From: an uncultured Bacteroidota bacterium
GTDB lineage: Bacteria > Bacteroidota > Bacteroidia > Bacteroidales > UBA12481
Length of the DNA stretch: 64,000 nucleotides
Assembly: GCA_942493265.1 (NCBI GenBank)
Contig: OW818688.1
Coordinates: 2,121,467-2,185,466, forward strand
Direction: 5' to 3'
A program made the position numbers and the translations under genes. Within the stretch, counting starts at the first letter, position 1. Each line of letters opens with the position of its first letter. Shown piece after piece: positions 17,096 to 25,396 of this stretch. The notes beneath the pieces were generated by a model, which was given only the letters and a program-made list of their open reading frames with translations, made no database searches and was not told the origin of the DNA.

Positions 17096-18265
17096 TTACG
17101 GCTCCTCGTCCCGAACTTCTGAGGCCCTTGACAGCTCCCAGATTACCAGCACCGGATTGTCATTCTCCGAAATTTTCTCATCCCAGGCTCTCAGTTTTTC
17201 ACTTGCGGAATGATCCGCCCCTGCGAGATTGGCGCGTATCTTTTCTTTGAAATCCATTGCGGAATATTCTGCGATGGCAAAAGTTTTACTTTCAAAATTG
17301 ATCTCCGAAGGATAAATGTCAAAATTCAGCTCCTGTATCCGGAATGATTTGACAATAGCGGCTTTGAGGCTATCCGGCCTGACCTCAACCAGTTGACGCC
17401 GACCGTACTTCCTTGCCTTATTGGCGCTGGATATTAATGTCTTATTCAGATACAGATACTTGCCGGATGAGTAAATGTAATTCACCATCAGGAATTTATC
17501 ATAGGTTTCTGCCGGATTGAGTTTTGATAAATTCAAGGTGTACCAGATCGGATATAATTGATTGTCATGGAATTGCATGATGGAGTCGCAATAAGGGGCT
17601 GATAGGGTGGCTCCTCCCAAACCGTCAGGATGGAGGTGCGCCGGACCTAAAATTGATTCCATTTCAAAAGTTCCAAAGTCCTTTGAATAAGTCAGATTGC
17701 CTTTAAAGTCCTGTGCATAAAATTTGAACTGCCGCCCCTTTTCCCCGGCTTCATCATTCATGATTACCAGGGTGGAATCGTTGAGAATGGCCATGTCATT
17801 AATCCGTCCGGTGATAGCCATTGGGAAGCTGGTAACCTGGCCTGTGTAAAGATCGCAGCAATAAATCCGTTCCCTGCTTTTTGTATAATCATTGAAATAG
17901 AACCTGGATTCATAAATAATGGCAGTTCCTGGGACGATGAACTCATTCGGTCCTTTGCCTTTGCTCATCAGCTGACGGATAAACCGACCCTGCCGGTTAA
18001 ATTGCTGAAGCCCCTTTTCAGTTTCAACCACGATAAAATCATTTGAAGCAAAGATGTATTTGGCACCGGATCCAATCAGGATCGAAGGATTGGTTTCCAA
18101 TGGAACAATTAGGTAATCATTTAATTGAGTAGTCAAATCAATGGAGATGGTATCTGTAATATTGGCAATATCCATGGCCGGAACCTTCGCTTCATCATTC
18201 TGAACCGGCTTTCCGGTGCACCCCGCAATTGCCAAAAAACACGCTAAAGCCAAATAAAATCTCAT
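17096..18265 (-). CDS. 6-bladed beta-propeller lipoprotein (BF3164/DUF5128-like)
   Basis: 389 aa with a lipobox (LAIAGCTG). It shows the motif pattern I associate with the family (IVPLETN..SLIG, KGKGPNEF). Confidence 0.7.
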   Translation of the reverse strand: MRFYLALACFLAIAGCTGKPVQNDEAKVPAMDIANITDTISIDLTTQLNDYLIVPLETNPSILIGSGAKYIFASNDFIVVETEKGLQQFNRQGRFIRQLMSKGKGPNEFIVPGTAIIYESRFYFNDYTKSRERIYCCDLYTGQVTSFPMAITGRINDMAILNDSTLVIMNDEAGEKGRQFKFYAQDFKGNLTYSKDFGTFEMESILGPAHLHPDGLGGATLSAPYCDSIMQFHDNQLYPIWYTLNLSKLNPAETYDKFLMVNYIYSSGKYLYLNKTLISSANKARKYGRRQLVEVRPDSLKAAIVKSFRIQELNFDIYPSEINFESKTFAIAEYSAMDFKEKIRANLAGADHSASEKLRAWDEKISENDNPVLVIWELSRASEVRDEEP

Positions 18266-18277
18266 ATTCTCAGTTTT

Positions 18278-19618
18278 TCAAATCCAGATGGAATAGATCT
18301 TCTTGATCCGCTTGCCGGTATCGGGCTGATAAAGAAAATAGAGCCTGTCGTTCAGGAATTTGCAGTTTTCGATATGATGGTAATCCCTGACCATGAACCG
18401 GCGGATTTCCTGTCCGGTTTCCGGATTGATCTCGATGAAATGGGTGAACGTCCCCTGCGGATACTCAACATAGATTCTACCATTGCCGGTATCCAGATGA
18501 ACATCCTGAAAATAGATGCCATACAGTTTATTGTTGATCCCAACTTCCCGAATAATCTGGCCCTTTGCATCCAGCCAATAAATAGTCGCCGCTTCCCGGT
18601 CAAAAATCAGCTGATGCTTTCCGTACGGCAAAGCTTTGGTGAAAACCGGACGAAAATCGGTCATCAAGGTGAACTGGCTCCCGAAATATCTATGGTATGC
18701 CGGCTCATAAACCGATGCAAGCCATGCATTTATACATCCACCGGTGCACCCTTCCGGAGGCTGCATGGTAATAGGAACCTGACTTTGCTGCGTCCAGGTT
18801 CTCTTCAGGGAACCAGCCTCCCTTTCTTTCATCAGGCCTCCGGTTGAATAGATAAGCTGAACATACTGACTGTCCCTTACGGCAAAATAGTTGTCATATT
18901 GATGATTGAATGAACTTTTTCTGATCATGATCATCGAATCAGTAATGCCGCAAACCGGCAAGATAAAATCCATAATAAAAGGCCTTTGGTAGGCATTCCG
19001 GACCGCTATCTCTTTGTGGGTCAATTGCAGTTCAAGCACCGAATCGGCACAAAAGGCAAAAATGTTCTCCTGACAATCCTGAAATAGGGAGTCGAGACCC
19101 TTGTAAGTATGGTTACTGATCATTTTCCCGCTTAAATCCGACACCAGCAATTCCTTCCGGAACTCATTCCCGTTCCTGAATCCCAGCGCGACAATCCGCT
19201 TCCCCACAATCTTGTAATCAATGATCGCGTAAGGATCCTTTTCAAAAAGCGTTGACGTAGCTTTTACCTGAACCTCCCTGATTTGTATGGAGGCCTGGTT
19301 CAGGAGAAAAACCCGGTTCTGGTTTTTAAATGATCTGTTGTACTGATCTTCATTTTCAATAACCACAGTATCCCTGATATAACCCATGGATTGAAGGAAC
19401 AGCACCGCCGGAAATTCCCTGAAAGTAATTTTAAACAATCCCTGATCATTCGTTGACGTCCCTTCAATGCCATTATTCAGAATAATGCTTGCACTGATAA
19501 TCGGTTGATTGGTCTTGCTGTCTCTGATTGTGCCATCAACTTTATACGTCTGGCTGAAAACCCCGATGGATACTGACAGGCAGATCGCCAGGAATACTAT
19601 AGGGCGGAGATGTTTCAT
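18278..19618 (-). CDS. CarboxypepD_reg-like domain protein with an uncharacterised C-terminal ~340 aa
   Basis: The track ORF is trimmed to MKHLRPIVFLAICLSVSIGVFSQ (ATG at 19618). It has a CarboxypepD_reg segment (VDGTIRDSKTNQPIISASIILNNGIEGTSTNDQGLFKI). No plug or barrel is recognisable. Confidence 0.7.
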   Translation of the reverse strand: MKHLRPIVFLAICLSVSIGVFSQTYKVDGTIRDSKTNQPIISASIILNNGIEGTSTNDQGLFKITFREFPAVLFLQSMGYIRDTVVIENEDQYNRSFKNQNRVFLLNQASIQIREVQVKATSTLFEKDPYAIIDYKIVGKRIVALGFRNGNEFRKELLVSDLSGKMISNHTYKGLDSLFQDCQENIFAFCADSVLELQLTHKEIAVRNAYQRPFIMDFILPVCGITDSMIMIRKSSFNHQYDNYFAVRDSQYVQLIYSTGGLMKEREAGSLKRTWTQQSQVPITMQPPEGCTGGCINAWLASVYEPAYHRYFGSQFTLMTDFRPVFTKALPYGKHQLIFDREAATIYWLDAKGQIIREVGINNKLYGIYFQDVHLDTGNGRIYVEYPQGTFTHFIEINPETGQEIRRFMVRDYHHIENCKFLNDRLYFLYQPDTGKRIKKIYSIWI

Positions 19619-19671
19619 GATGGGTTTCTTCAAGGATATATTTATGCTTCGGTTATTTGAATTTGAAAAGT

Positions 19672-20754
19672 TCACCATTTAATGAATTTCAGATGTTTGG
19701 TAAACCGCCCGCTAACTAGTGAATCCATACTGTTATTATCCAGCGTAAATCCAAATTTTCCGGTTGTACTCACAGAGGCAAAAATCCCCAATCCATTGAT
19801 TACGTTTGAAATGGGTTTGCCGATCTGATCTGATACAATTTTATCAGATTCCAGATATTGGCCGAAAACAGGATCGGCATTAAAAACAATCAGGTCAAAG
19901 TTGATTAGTTTTCTGGATTCTACACCCGGACGGTCTTTTATCCTTCCACCGAGATGTGCCAGAATACTTTCCGTGAAAGGAAATCCTGAAAAATAAGGTA
20001 TTTCTGATCCTCCATCGCCAACAAATACTTTCTTTTCGAATGGACCGAAATCCCAGGTCAGTTGTTTTTCCTTCCAATCGCCATTCTCAAATTCCTGGTA
20101 GTGTACGGTGATTTTAGGCTCCTGGTAATTTCCGTGTGAATTCCATGACCATTCCACCTGATTGTTATACAGGCTCATTGATACCGCATTACCCAGACTC
20201 ATTAAAAAGGGTCGTGCACAAATCCGGGTAGCAGCCACCGAATAAATGTCGGTTCCGGGTTGTTGAACGACCAGCCGGAGAAAAAGAGAGTTCAGCGTAA
20301 CAGCGCCATACAGACCAAATCTTACAAATTCGCTGGATGGGAGCGTATAAACCTTTCTGAATTTGCCATTTGCTGGATCAGTAACAAATGTAGGATGCAT
20401 TTCCTTCCTGATAATCAGCTCGCCCTGGTGCGGATAATCCGTTAACCATTGTTCCCAGCCATAGCTGCTGCCATAAACTTTCGCTTCCGGATCGAAACGT
20501 AATTCCAGGGTGACATTCAGAGAGTCAAAATAGAGGTCAGTATCAGATTGAATGCCTGACTTTTCCGGACCCTCCGGGAGAAATGTTTTGGTAACGGACA
20601 CCTGGTACTCCTGTTCATCATTATCAATTAATCCAAAGATAACCGGTATAGGCTGGCCAGGCATACCAGGATTAAATTCGGTCTCGCAGCCAAACAGCAA
20701 GATCAATAACGTCAGGAATGCCTGCCAGGATATTATTGTGTTTTTTTTATGCAT
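19672..20754 (-). CDS. Lipoprotein, tentatively DUF4249-like
   Basis: 360 aa with a lipobox (LLILLFGCETEF). The N-terminal pattern (PIPVIFGLIDNDEQEYQVSVTKTF) resembles DUF4249 lipoproteins, which usually follow TonB-dependent receptors. The family call is from memory only. Confidence 0.55.
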   Translation of the reverse strand: MHKKNTIISWQAFLTLLILLFGCETEFNPGMPGQPIPVIFGLIDNDEQEYQVSVTKTFLPEGPEKSGIQSDTDLYFDSLNVTLELRFDPEAKVYGSSYGWEQWLTDYPHQGELIIRKEMHPTFVTDPANGKFRKVYTLPSSEFVRFGLYGAVTLNSLFLRLVVQQPGTDIYSVAATRICARPFLMSLGNAVSMSLYNNQVEWSWNSHGNYQEPKITVHYQEFENGDWKEKQLTWDFGPFEKKVFVGDGGSEIPYFSGFPFTESILAHLGGRIKDRPGVESRKLINFDLIVFNADPVFGQYLESDKIVSDQIGKPISNVINGLGIFASVSTTGKFGFTLDNNSMDSLVSGRFTKHLKFIKW

Positions 20755-21695
20755 CTCACCGGTAATGCTGATTGATAATAATCCTGAACTTCGCCGTCCG
20801 GATTGTAATAAATTAAATTCATGTTTCCCCGGTACCAGATGATGTATGGCATATTGGATGAATAGTCGCCCTGGAATTCACCGGTCCACCAATGGCTGTC
20901 ACCCATCGAAAACGCATGATTGTTATACCAATTATATGTACCTCCCTTGGTTGTCAGATCCAGATTCCAGAACCCACCGGGACCAAACAGTCGCTCCGCC
21001 GGCGAAACCTGATAGTCTTTGTAGAAGATTTTCGCTAGTGTCACCCCGTCGGGCAGCTGCCATCCTTCCGGGCAGATGCCTTGAGGAAGATTTGCCTTTG
21101 ACCAGTTAGAAACCTCTTTCCAGGTATATAATCCACCCTTGAATTCTGCTTGGACTGAGTCATTATTATAATAGTATTTCTCAACGATTCCATTGTGTTC
21201 CTGCCCTTGAGGCGCCAAAATCAATCTGCCGAAGTCCAGGTTTTCCGACATCCACCATACATCCTCTATCAGGGTAATTTTATAAGACCTGCCATCGCGG
21301 CGATCCACCAGCCGGGATACTTTTACGATATCGGTTATCAAAATTTCCATTGATGTGGTATCGGTGGCACCTTCCTGATCCTTAACCTCAAGTGTTGGTT
21401 TGAATGTGCCATGCCGGCGGTATCTGTAAGCGGTAACTTTTTGGGTAATGTATTCCGTGTCCCAGGTCCCGTCGCCCTCAAAATCCCATCTGACAAAAAG
21501 TTCCGGTTGCCCATCATCCGGATCTGAAACCGCTCTGGCATCAAACTCCAGAACGGCTAGCGTATCAGCCAGATAGGCGGATATCTTAAATTGTGCATCC
21601 GGGGGCAGATTGATCTGTTCGCATGATGTTACCAGCCTGAAAAGGAGGATAATCCCGAACATCCATCTGCTGAATATACCCAACCTGAACTTCAT
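20733..21695 (-). CDS. PKD-like domain + FISUMP (TIGR02145-type) domain lipoprotein
   Basis: 320 aa with a lipobox (LVTSCEQ) and a PKD-like segment (VRWDFEGDGTWD). FISUMP hallmarks are present (DRRDGRSYKITLIEDVWWMSENL, GGLYTW, CPEGWQLP, C-terminal PVRCIKK). It overlaps the next gene by 22 nt. Confidence 0.8.
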   Translation of the reverse strand: MKFRLGIFSRWMFGIILLFRLVTSCEQINLPPDAQFKISAYLADTLAVLEFDARAVSDPDDGQPELFVRWDFEGDGTWDTEYITQKVTAYRYRRHGTFKPTLEVKDQEGATDTTSMEILITDIVKVSRLVDRRDGRSYKITLIEDVWWMSENLDFGRLILAPQGQEHNGIVEKYYYNNDSVQAEFKGGLYTWKEVSNWSKANLPQGICPEGWQLPDGVTLAKIFYKDYQVSPAERLFGPGGFWNLDLTTKGGTYNWYNNHAFSMGDSHWWTGEFQGDYSSNMPYIIWYRGNMNLIYYNPDGEVQDYYQSALPVRCIKKTQ

Positions 21696-21926
21696 AATAA
21701 TAACTATCTAGGTTTTGGGGACATCAAATCAAAAATGGCACCTGTGGGCAATCAAAATAGTACCAGTGGCTGATAGTAAATGTAATACTTATGTTCTTGA
21801 CGGCAAAACTTTTAACTCGGTTAAAAACAAGGATACCCGATATTTTTCGGGTAGCGACTTGTTATAAACAATCCAAAAGCTAACTTCCAAAGGCCCGAAG
21901 AAAAGCCTATTTTTGAGTAGAATTAT

Positions 21927-22599
21927 ATGAACAAAACCTATATGCCAAAAGAAACAGCAGTTAAACTCTTTAATGAAAGTCAAATCCGAACTCATTGGGA
22001 CGAAGAGGAGGAGAAATGGTATTTTTCAATAGTTGATGTTGTTGGAGTTCTTACCGAGAGTGTTAATCCTCGAAAATATTGGAGCGTTTTAAAAACCAGA
22101 CTGAAGGCTGAAGGGAGTGAGTTGGCTACAAATTGTAGTCAACTGAAAATGTTATCAGCTGATGGCAAGTATTATAAAACGGATGTTGCTGATACAGAAC
22201 AGCTTTTTCGCCTGTTACAATCAATTCCTTCACCCAAAGCAGAGCCATTTAAACTTTGGCTCGCAAAGATGGGCAGAGAACGAATTGACGAAATTGAAGA
22301 CCCGGAATTGGGTATCGACCGTCTGATGGAAGCTAAAAGCCTTAAAAAAGGAAAATCTCCGCGATCATATGACCAATCTGGAATTGGTGCTAAATATGCT
22401 GGCTGAGGCTTCTACATCAGAAATCTCAAAAGAAAAGAAACCCGGATCATTTGAGGAAAATAAAAAAATTGCCAAACAGGGAGGTACGATTGCAGGTAAT
22501 ACCAGACGTGAAATTGAGGAGAAAACCGGTAAGAAGGTCGTTACGAGCCGGAACGCAAAAAAATTAGATGAACTCAAGGATATTAAAGGAATAAAATAG
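21927..22599 (+). pseudogene. Bro-N domain family gene split by a +1 frameshift in an A6 run
   Basis: ORFs 21927..22406 and 22369..22599 overlap in different frames. Removing one A from A6 at 22344-22349 gives ...EAKSLKKENLRDHMTNLELVLNMLAEAST..., which is the contiguous sequence I recall from intact family members. Confidence 0.6.
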
Positions 22600-22620
22600 G
22601 GGAGGTGGCTCGTATTTATT

Positions 22621-22688
22621 CCACCCCTACGGGGTTGATTTTTCGATTCAATCCACCAGGCTATAATCATTTCAGCCCTACGGGCTTT
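22621..22688. repeat. Family B double-hairpin element, single copy (forward orientation)
   Basis: The sequence is CCACCCCTACGGGGTTGATTTTTCGATTCAATCCACCAGGCTATAATCATTTCAGCCCTACGGGCTTT. It closely matches 49313-49381 and the units of the 10.6-11.3 kb array. Confidence 0.85.
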
Positions 22689-22822
22689 GTCACCGCAGGA
22701 ATGATTTGTATTTGTGCCGTATATATCGGCAAATACAACTTCTGGTTGTTGAAAACAACAAAAAGTAGCGTAAAAACAACTAAAAGTTTCTGATTATTTT
22801 TGATGCCGGATGTGCAGCCCCA

Positions 22823-22830
22823 TATCTTTG
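22823..22830 (+). promoter_or_regulatory. Candidate -7 promoter box (TATCTTTG)
   Basis: TAnnTTTG match 30 nt upstream of the ATG at 22860. Confidence 0.35.
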
Positions 22831-22859
22831 CTGTGTCGAATTAATAAAAAAAGAGACTT

Positions 22860-23762
22860 ATGTTAAACACACAATTGATTGGCAACAAGATTGCCGAAGC
22901 TCGTAAGAAAGCAAATCTTTCACAGGCACAACTTTCACAGCGACTGTTTATCAGCGCTCAGGCTGTTGGAAAGTGGGAGCGGGGAGAGTCCATGCCGGAT
23001 ATCATTACCCTGGTTCATCTGGCGGAAATTCTGAGTGTCGACCTTAACTATTTTTCAGATGGGATGGAACCCATGTCCAATGAACATGCATCCCCGGAGC
23101 CCCTGGCTGAGCAACCGGCGGAAATACCATCCGCTAAGAATAAGAAAAAGCCAGGCTGGGATATGTCGCGCTGGAACTGGGTGGATGCCGATTTTTCAGG
23201 GTTGAAAAATCTGCATGCAAAATTCAGCTCCTCCAACATGCAGCGCTGCAAGTTTATCGGTTCCGATCTGTCGGGACTGCTGTTGAAAAACAATAATGTG
23301 GATGCTTGTGAATTTTCCGGTTCCGATATCAGTCACAGCCATATTCATGGTTCCAACCTGGGGAACAACCTGTATAAGGACTGCTCACTACAGGATACTG
23401 AGTTTTCAGGAAGCAATATCGGCGGATGCGATTTCACCGGTGCCGATTTTACCGGTGCAACATTCAGAGGCTGTAATTTCGGAAAAAACATACTGACCAA
23501 AGCCGTCTGGAACCGCACCTCCTTTACCGGAATGGCGATTGACGATGTCATTTTCGAAGGTAAATTGGAGGACTGTTCTTTCGAAAATTGCGCATTTAAC
23601 AAGCTGACATTCCAAAATGCCACGCTGATTAACACTTTCTTCAAAAACAAGAATCTGAAACGCGTGCGGTTCATTGATTGTCAGGCTGATCGGATAACCT
23701 ACGAATTCCTGAAAAGCGGGAAAGCGGATTTAACCGGTATCACCTTGCTGGCATCATCCTGA
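22860..23762 (+). CDS. XRE-family HTH domain fused to a pentapeptide-repeat domain
   Basis: The N-terminus is Cro/C1-type HTH (IAEARKKANLSQAQLSQRLFISAQAVGKWERGESMPD). After a Pro/Glu/Lys linker there are about 150 aa of A(D/N)LXX-type pentapeptide repeats (DFTGADFTGATFRGCNF etc.). Confidence 0.8.
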   Translation: MLNTQLIGNKIAEARKKANLSQAQLSQRLFISAQAVGKWERGESMPDIITLVHLAEILSVDLNYFSDGMEPMSNEHASPEPLAEQPAEIPSAKNKKKPGWDMSRWNWVDADFSGLKNLHAKFSSSNMQRCKFIGSDLSGLLLKNNNVDACEFSGSDISHSHIHGSNLGNNLYKDCSLQDTEFSGSNIGGCDFTGADFTGATFRGCNFGKNILTKAVWNRTSFTGMAIDDVIFEGKLEDCSFENCAFNKLTFQNATLINTFFKNKNLKRVRFIDCQADRITYEFLKSGKADLTGITLLASS

Positions 23763-23882
23763 TCAATCGTTTGTCCGGAAGATTGAGTAAATTTGGGTTT
23801 GAGAATTTTAACCCTGATCTCCAAAAACATAATCAGGGATGCCAGACAGAATGATATCTTATATTATATAAAATTAATTGCC

Positions 23883-25334
23883 ATGAAAAGTAAACTTAAT
23901 GTATTGATTACATGCCTGTTATTGGCATTCCTGATTAGCTGTTCAAAGGATACGGGATTCAGTGATATAAATATGGAATCAATCCCGGATACCTATAATG
24001 AGAAATATAAAGATTATGAGGAGAATCCGTTTGTTAAAGTTACAGATCAGGCAATTTCAACATTTTCAGTGGATGCCGACGGGGGAGCGTATGCAAATAT
24101 GAGGCGGTTTCTTTATCTCGGACAAACGCCTCCAAAAGCATCCGTTCGGATTGAAGAATATATCAATTATTTCACCTTCGATTATCCGGAACCCACACCG
24201 GGCGAGAATGTTTCCCTGGAGTCTGAGCTGTCGGAATGTCCGTGGAATTCAGAACATTACCTGATGCGACTGGGCATGAAGGGATTGACAATACCCGCTA
24301 ATGAATTGCCAAACTCCAACTATGTGTTTTTAATCGACGTTTCCGGTTCAATGAATTCGCCTGATAAATTGGGGGTTTTAAAAACCGGATTCAAAACGCT
24401 CGTCGATAATTTACGCGATCAGGACAGAATTGCCATTGTTACTTATGCGGGTGAAGCGGGTATATTATTGGAATCCACTTATGGGGATGAGAAGGACAAG
24501 ATAAAATCGGCAATCGATAAATTGGGCGCAGGCGGCTCTACAGCTGGTGCCGCCGGCATTACCACCGCTTATGAAATAGCACTGGAGAATTTTATCACAA
24601 ACGGTAATAACCGGGTGATTTTGGGCACCGACGGGGATTTTAATGTGGGTCCGGTTTCAACCGATTCGCTGGTTGCCTTAATTGAGGAGAAACGCAAAAG
24701 TGATGTTTACCTCACTGTTCTGGGGGTTGGAGGCGGAAATCTCAACGACCACATGATGGAACAGATTGCAAATAAAGGGAATGGCAATTATGAATATATT
24801 GATAATGCCAAACAGATTCAGAAAGTATTCACCCAGGAGATATCAAAATTTTATACCGTAGCCAAAGATTCCAAGATTCAGATTACTTTCAATCCAGATA
24901 TGGTAGACTCCTATCGGTTAATCGGATACGAGAATCGCAAGTTGAACAACGAAGATTTTGAGAATGATTCAACAGATGCCGGTGAGATCGGATCATCCCA
25001 AACCATTACCGCCTTATATGAGGTGACCTTGCTGGATGTACTCAATCAGGAGAAATATGCGCAATTTGATTTCAGATATAAAAAGCCGGATGAAACCCAA
25101 AGCCGGCTCATCACCCATGAAATTAAAATGCCACCAAAAGAAATGAATTCTTCCACGGAGAATATGAGATTTGCCGCATCGTTGGCAGGATTAGGTTTGC
25201 TGATGAAACAATCGGAACACAAAGGCAACCTCACCAGGCAGATGGTACTGGATTTGGGCAAAAATGCAATATCCTATGATCCAAACGGATACCGAAGGGA
25301 ATTCATTGAATTGGTCACGAATTGGCGTGAATAA
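23883..25334 (+). CDS. von Willebrand factor type A domain lipoprotein (YfbK-like)
   Basis: Start trimmed to MKSKLNVLITCLLLAFLISCSKD (lipobox). It has a MIDAS motif DxSxS (FLIDVSGSMNS), then TDGDFNVG. Confidence 0.85.
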   Translation: MKSKLNVLITCLLLAFLISCSKDTGFSDINMESIPDTYNEKYKDYEENPFVKVTDQAISTFSVDADGGAYANMRRFLYLGQTPPKASVRIEEYINYFTFDYPEPTPGENVSLESELSECPWNSEHYLMRLGMKGLTIPANELPNSNYVFLIDVSGSMNSPDKLGVLKTGFKTLVDNLRDQDRIAIVTYAGEAGILLESTYGDEKDKIKSAIDKLGAGGSTAGAAGITTAYEIALENFITNGNNRVILGTDGDFNVGPVSTDSLVALIEEKRKSDVYLTVLGVGGGNLNDHMMEQIANKGNGNYEYIDNAKQIQKVFTQEISKFYTVAKDSKIQITFNPDMVDSYRLIGYENRKLNNEDFENDSTDAGEIGSSQTITALYEVTLLDVLNQEKYAQFDFRYKKPDETQSRLITHEIKMPPKEMNSSTENMRFAASLAGLGLLMKQSEHKGNLTRQMVLDLGKNAISYDPNGYRREFIELVTNWRE

Positions 25335-25396
25335 TGATTTTGCCACGTAAATGTTACATACGAACCTTTAAACGCAAAACGATAAGATTTAATCCA

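Noticed and set aside
21927-22599. Prophage or integrative element inferred from the Bro-N gene
   Set aside because: No integrase, terminase, capsid, tail or conjugation genes are nearby. A lone, damaged Bro-N gene is insufficient evidence.
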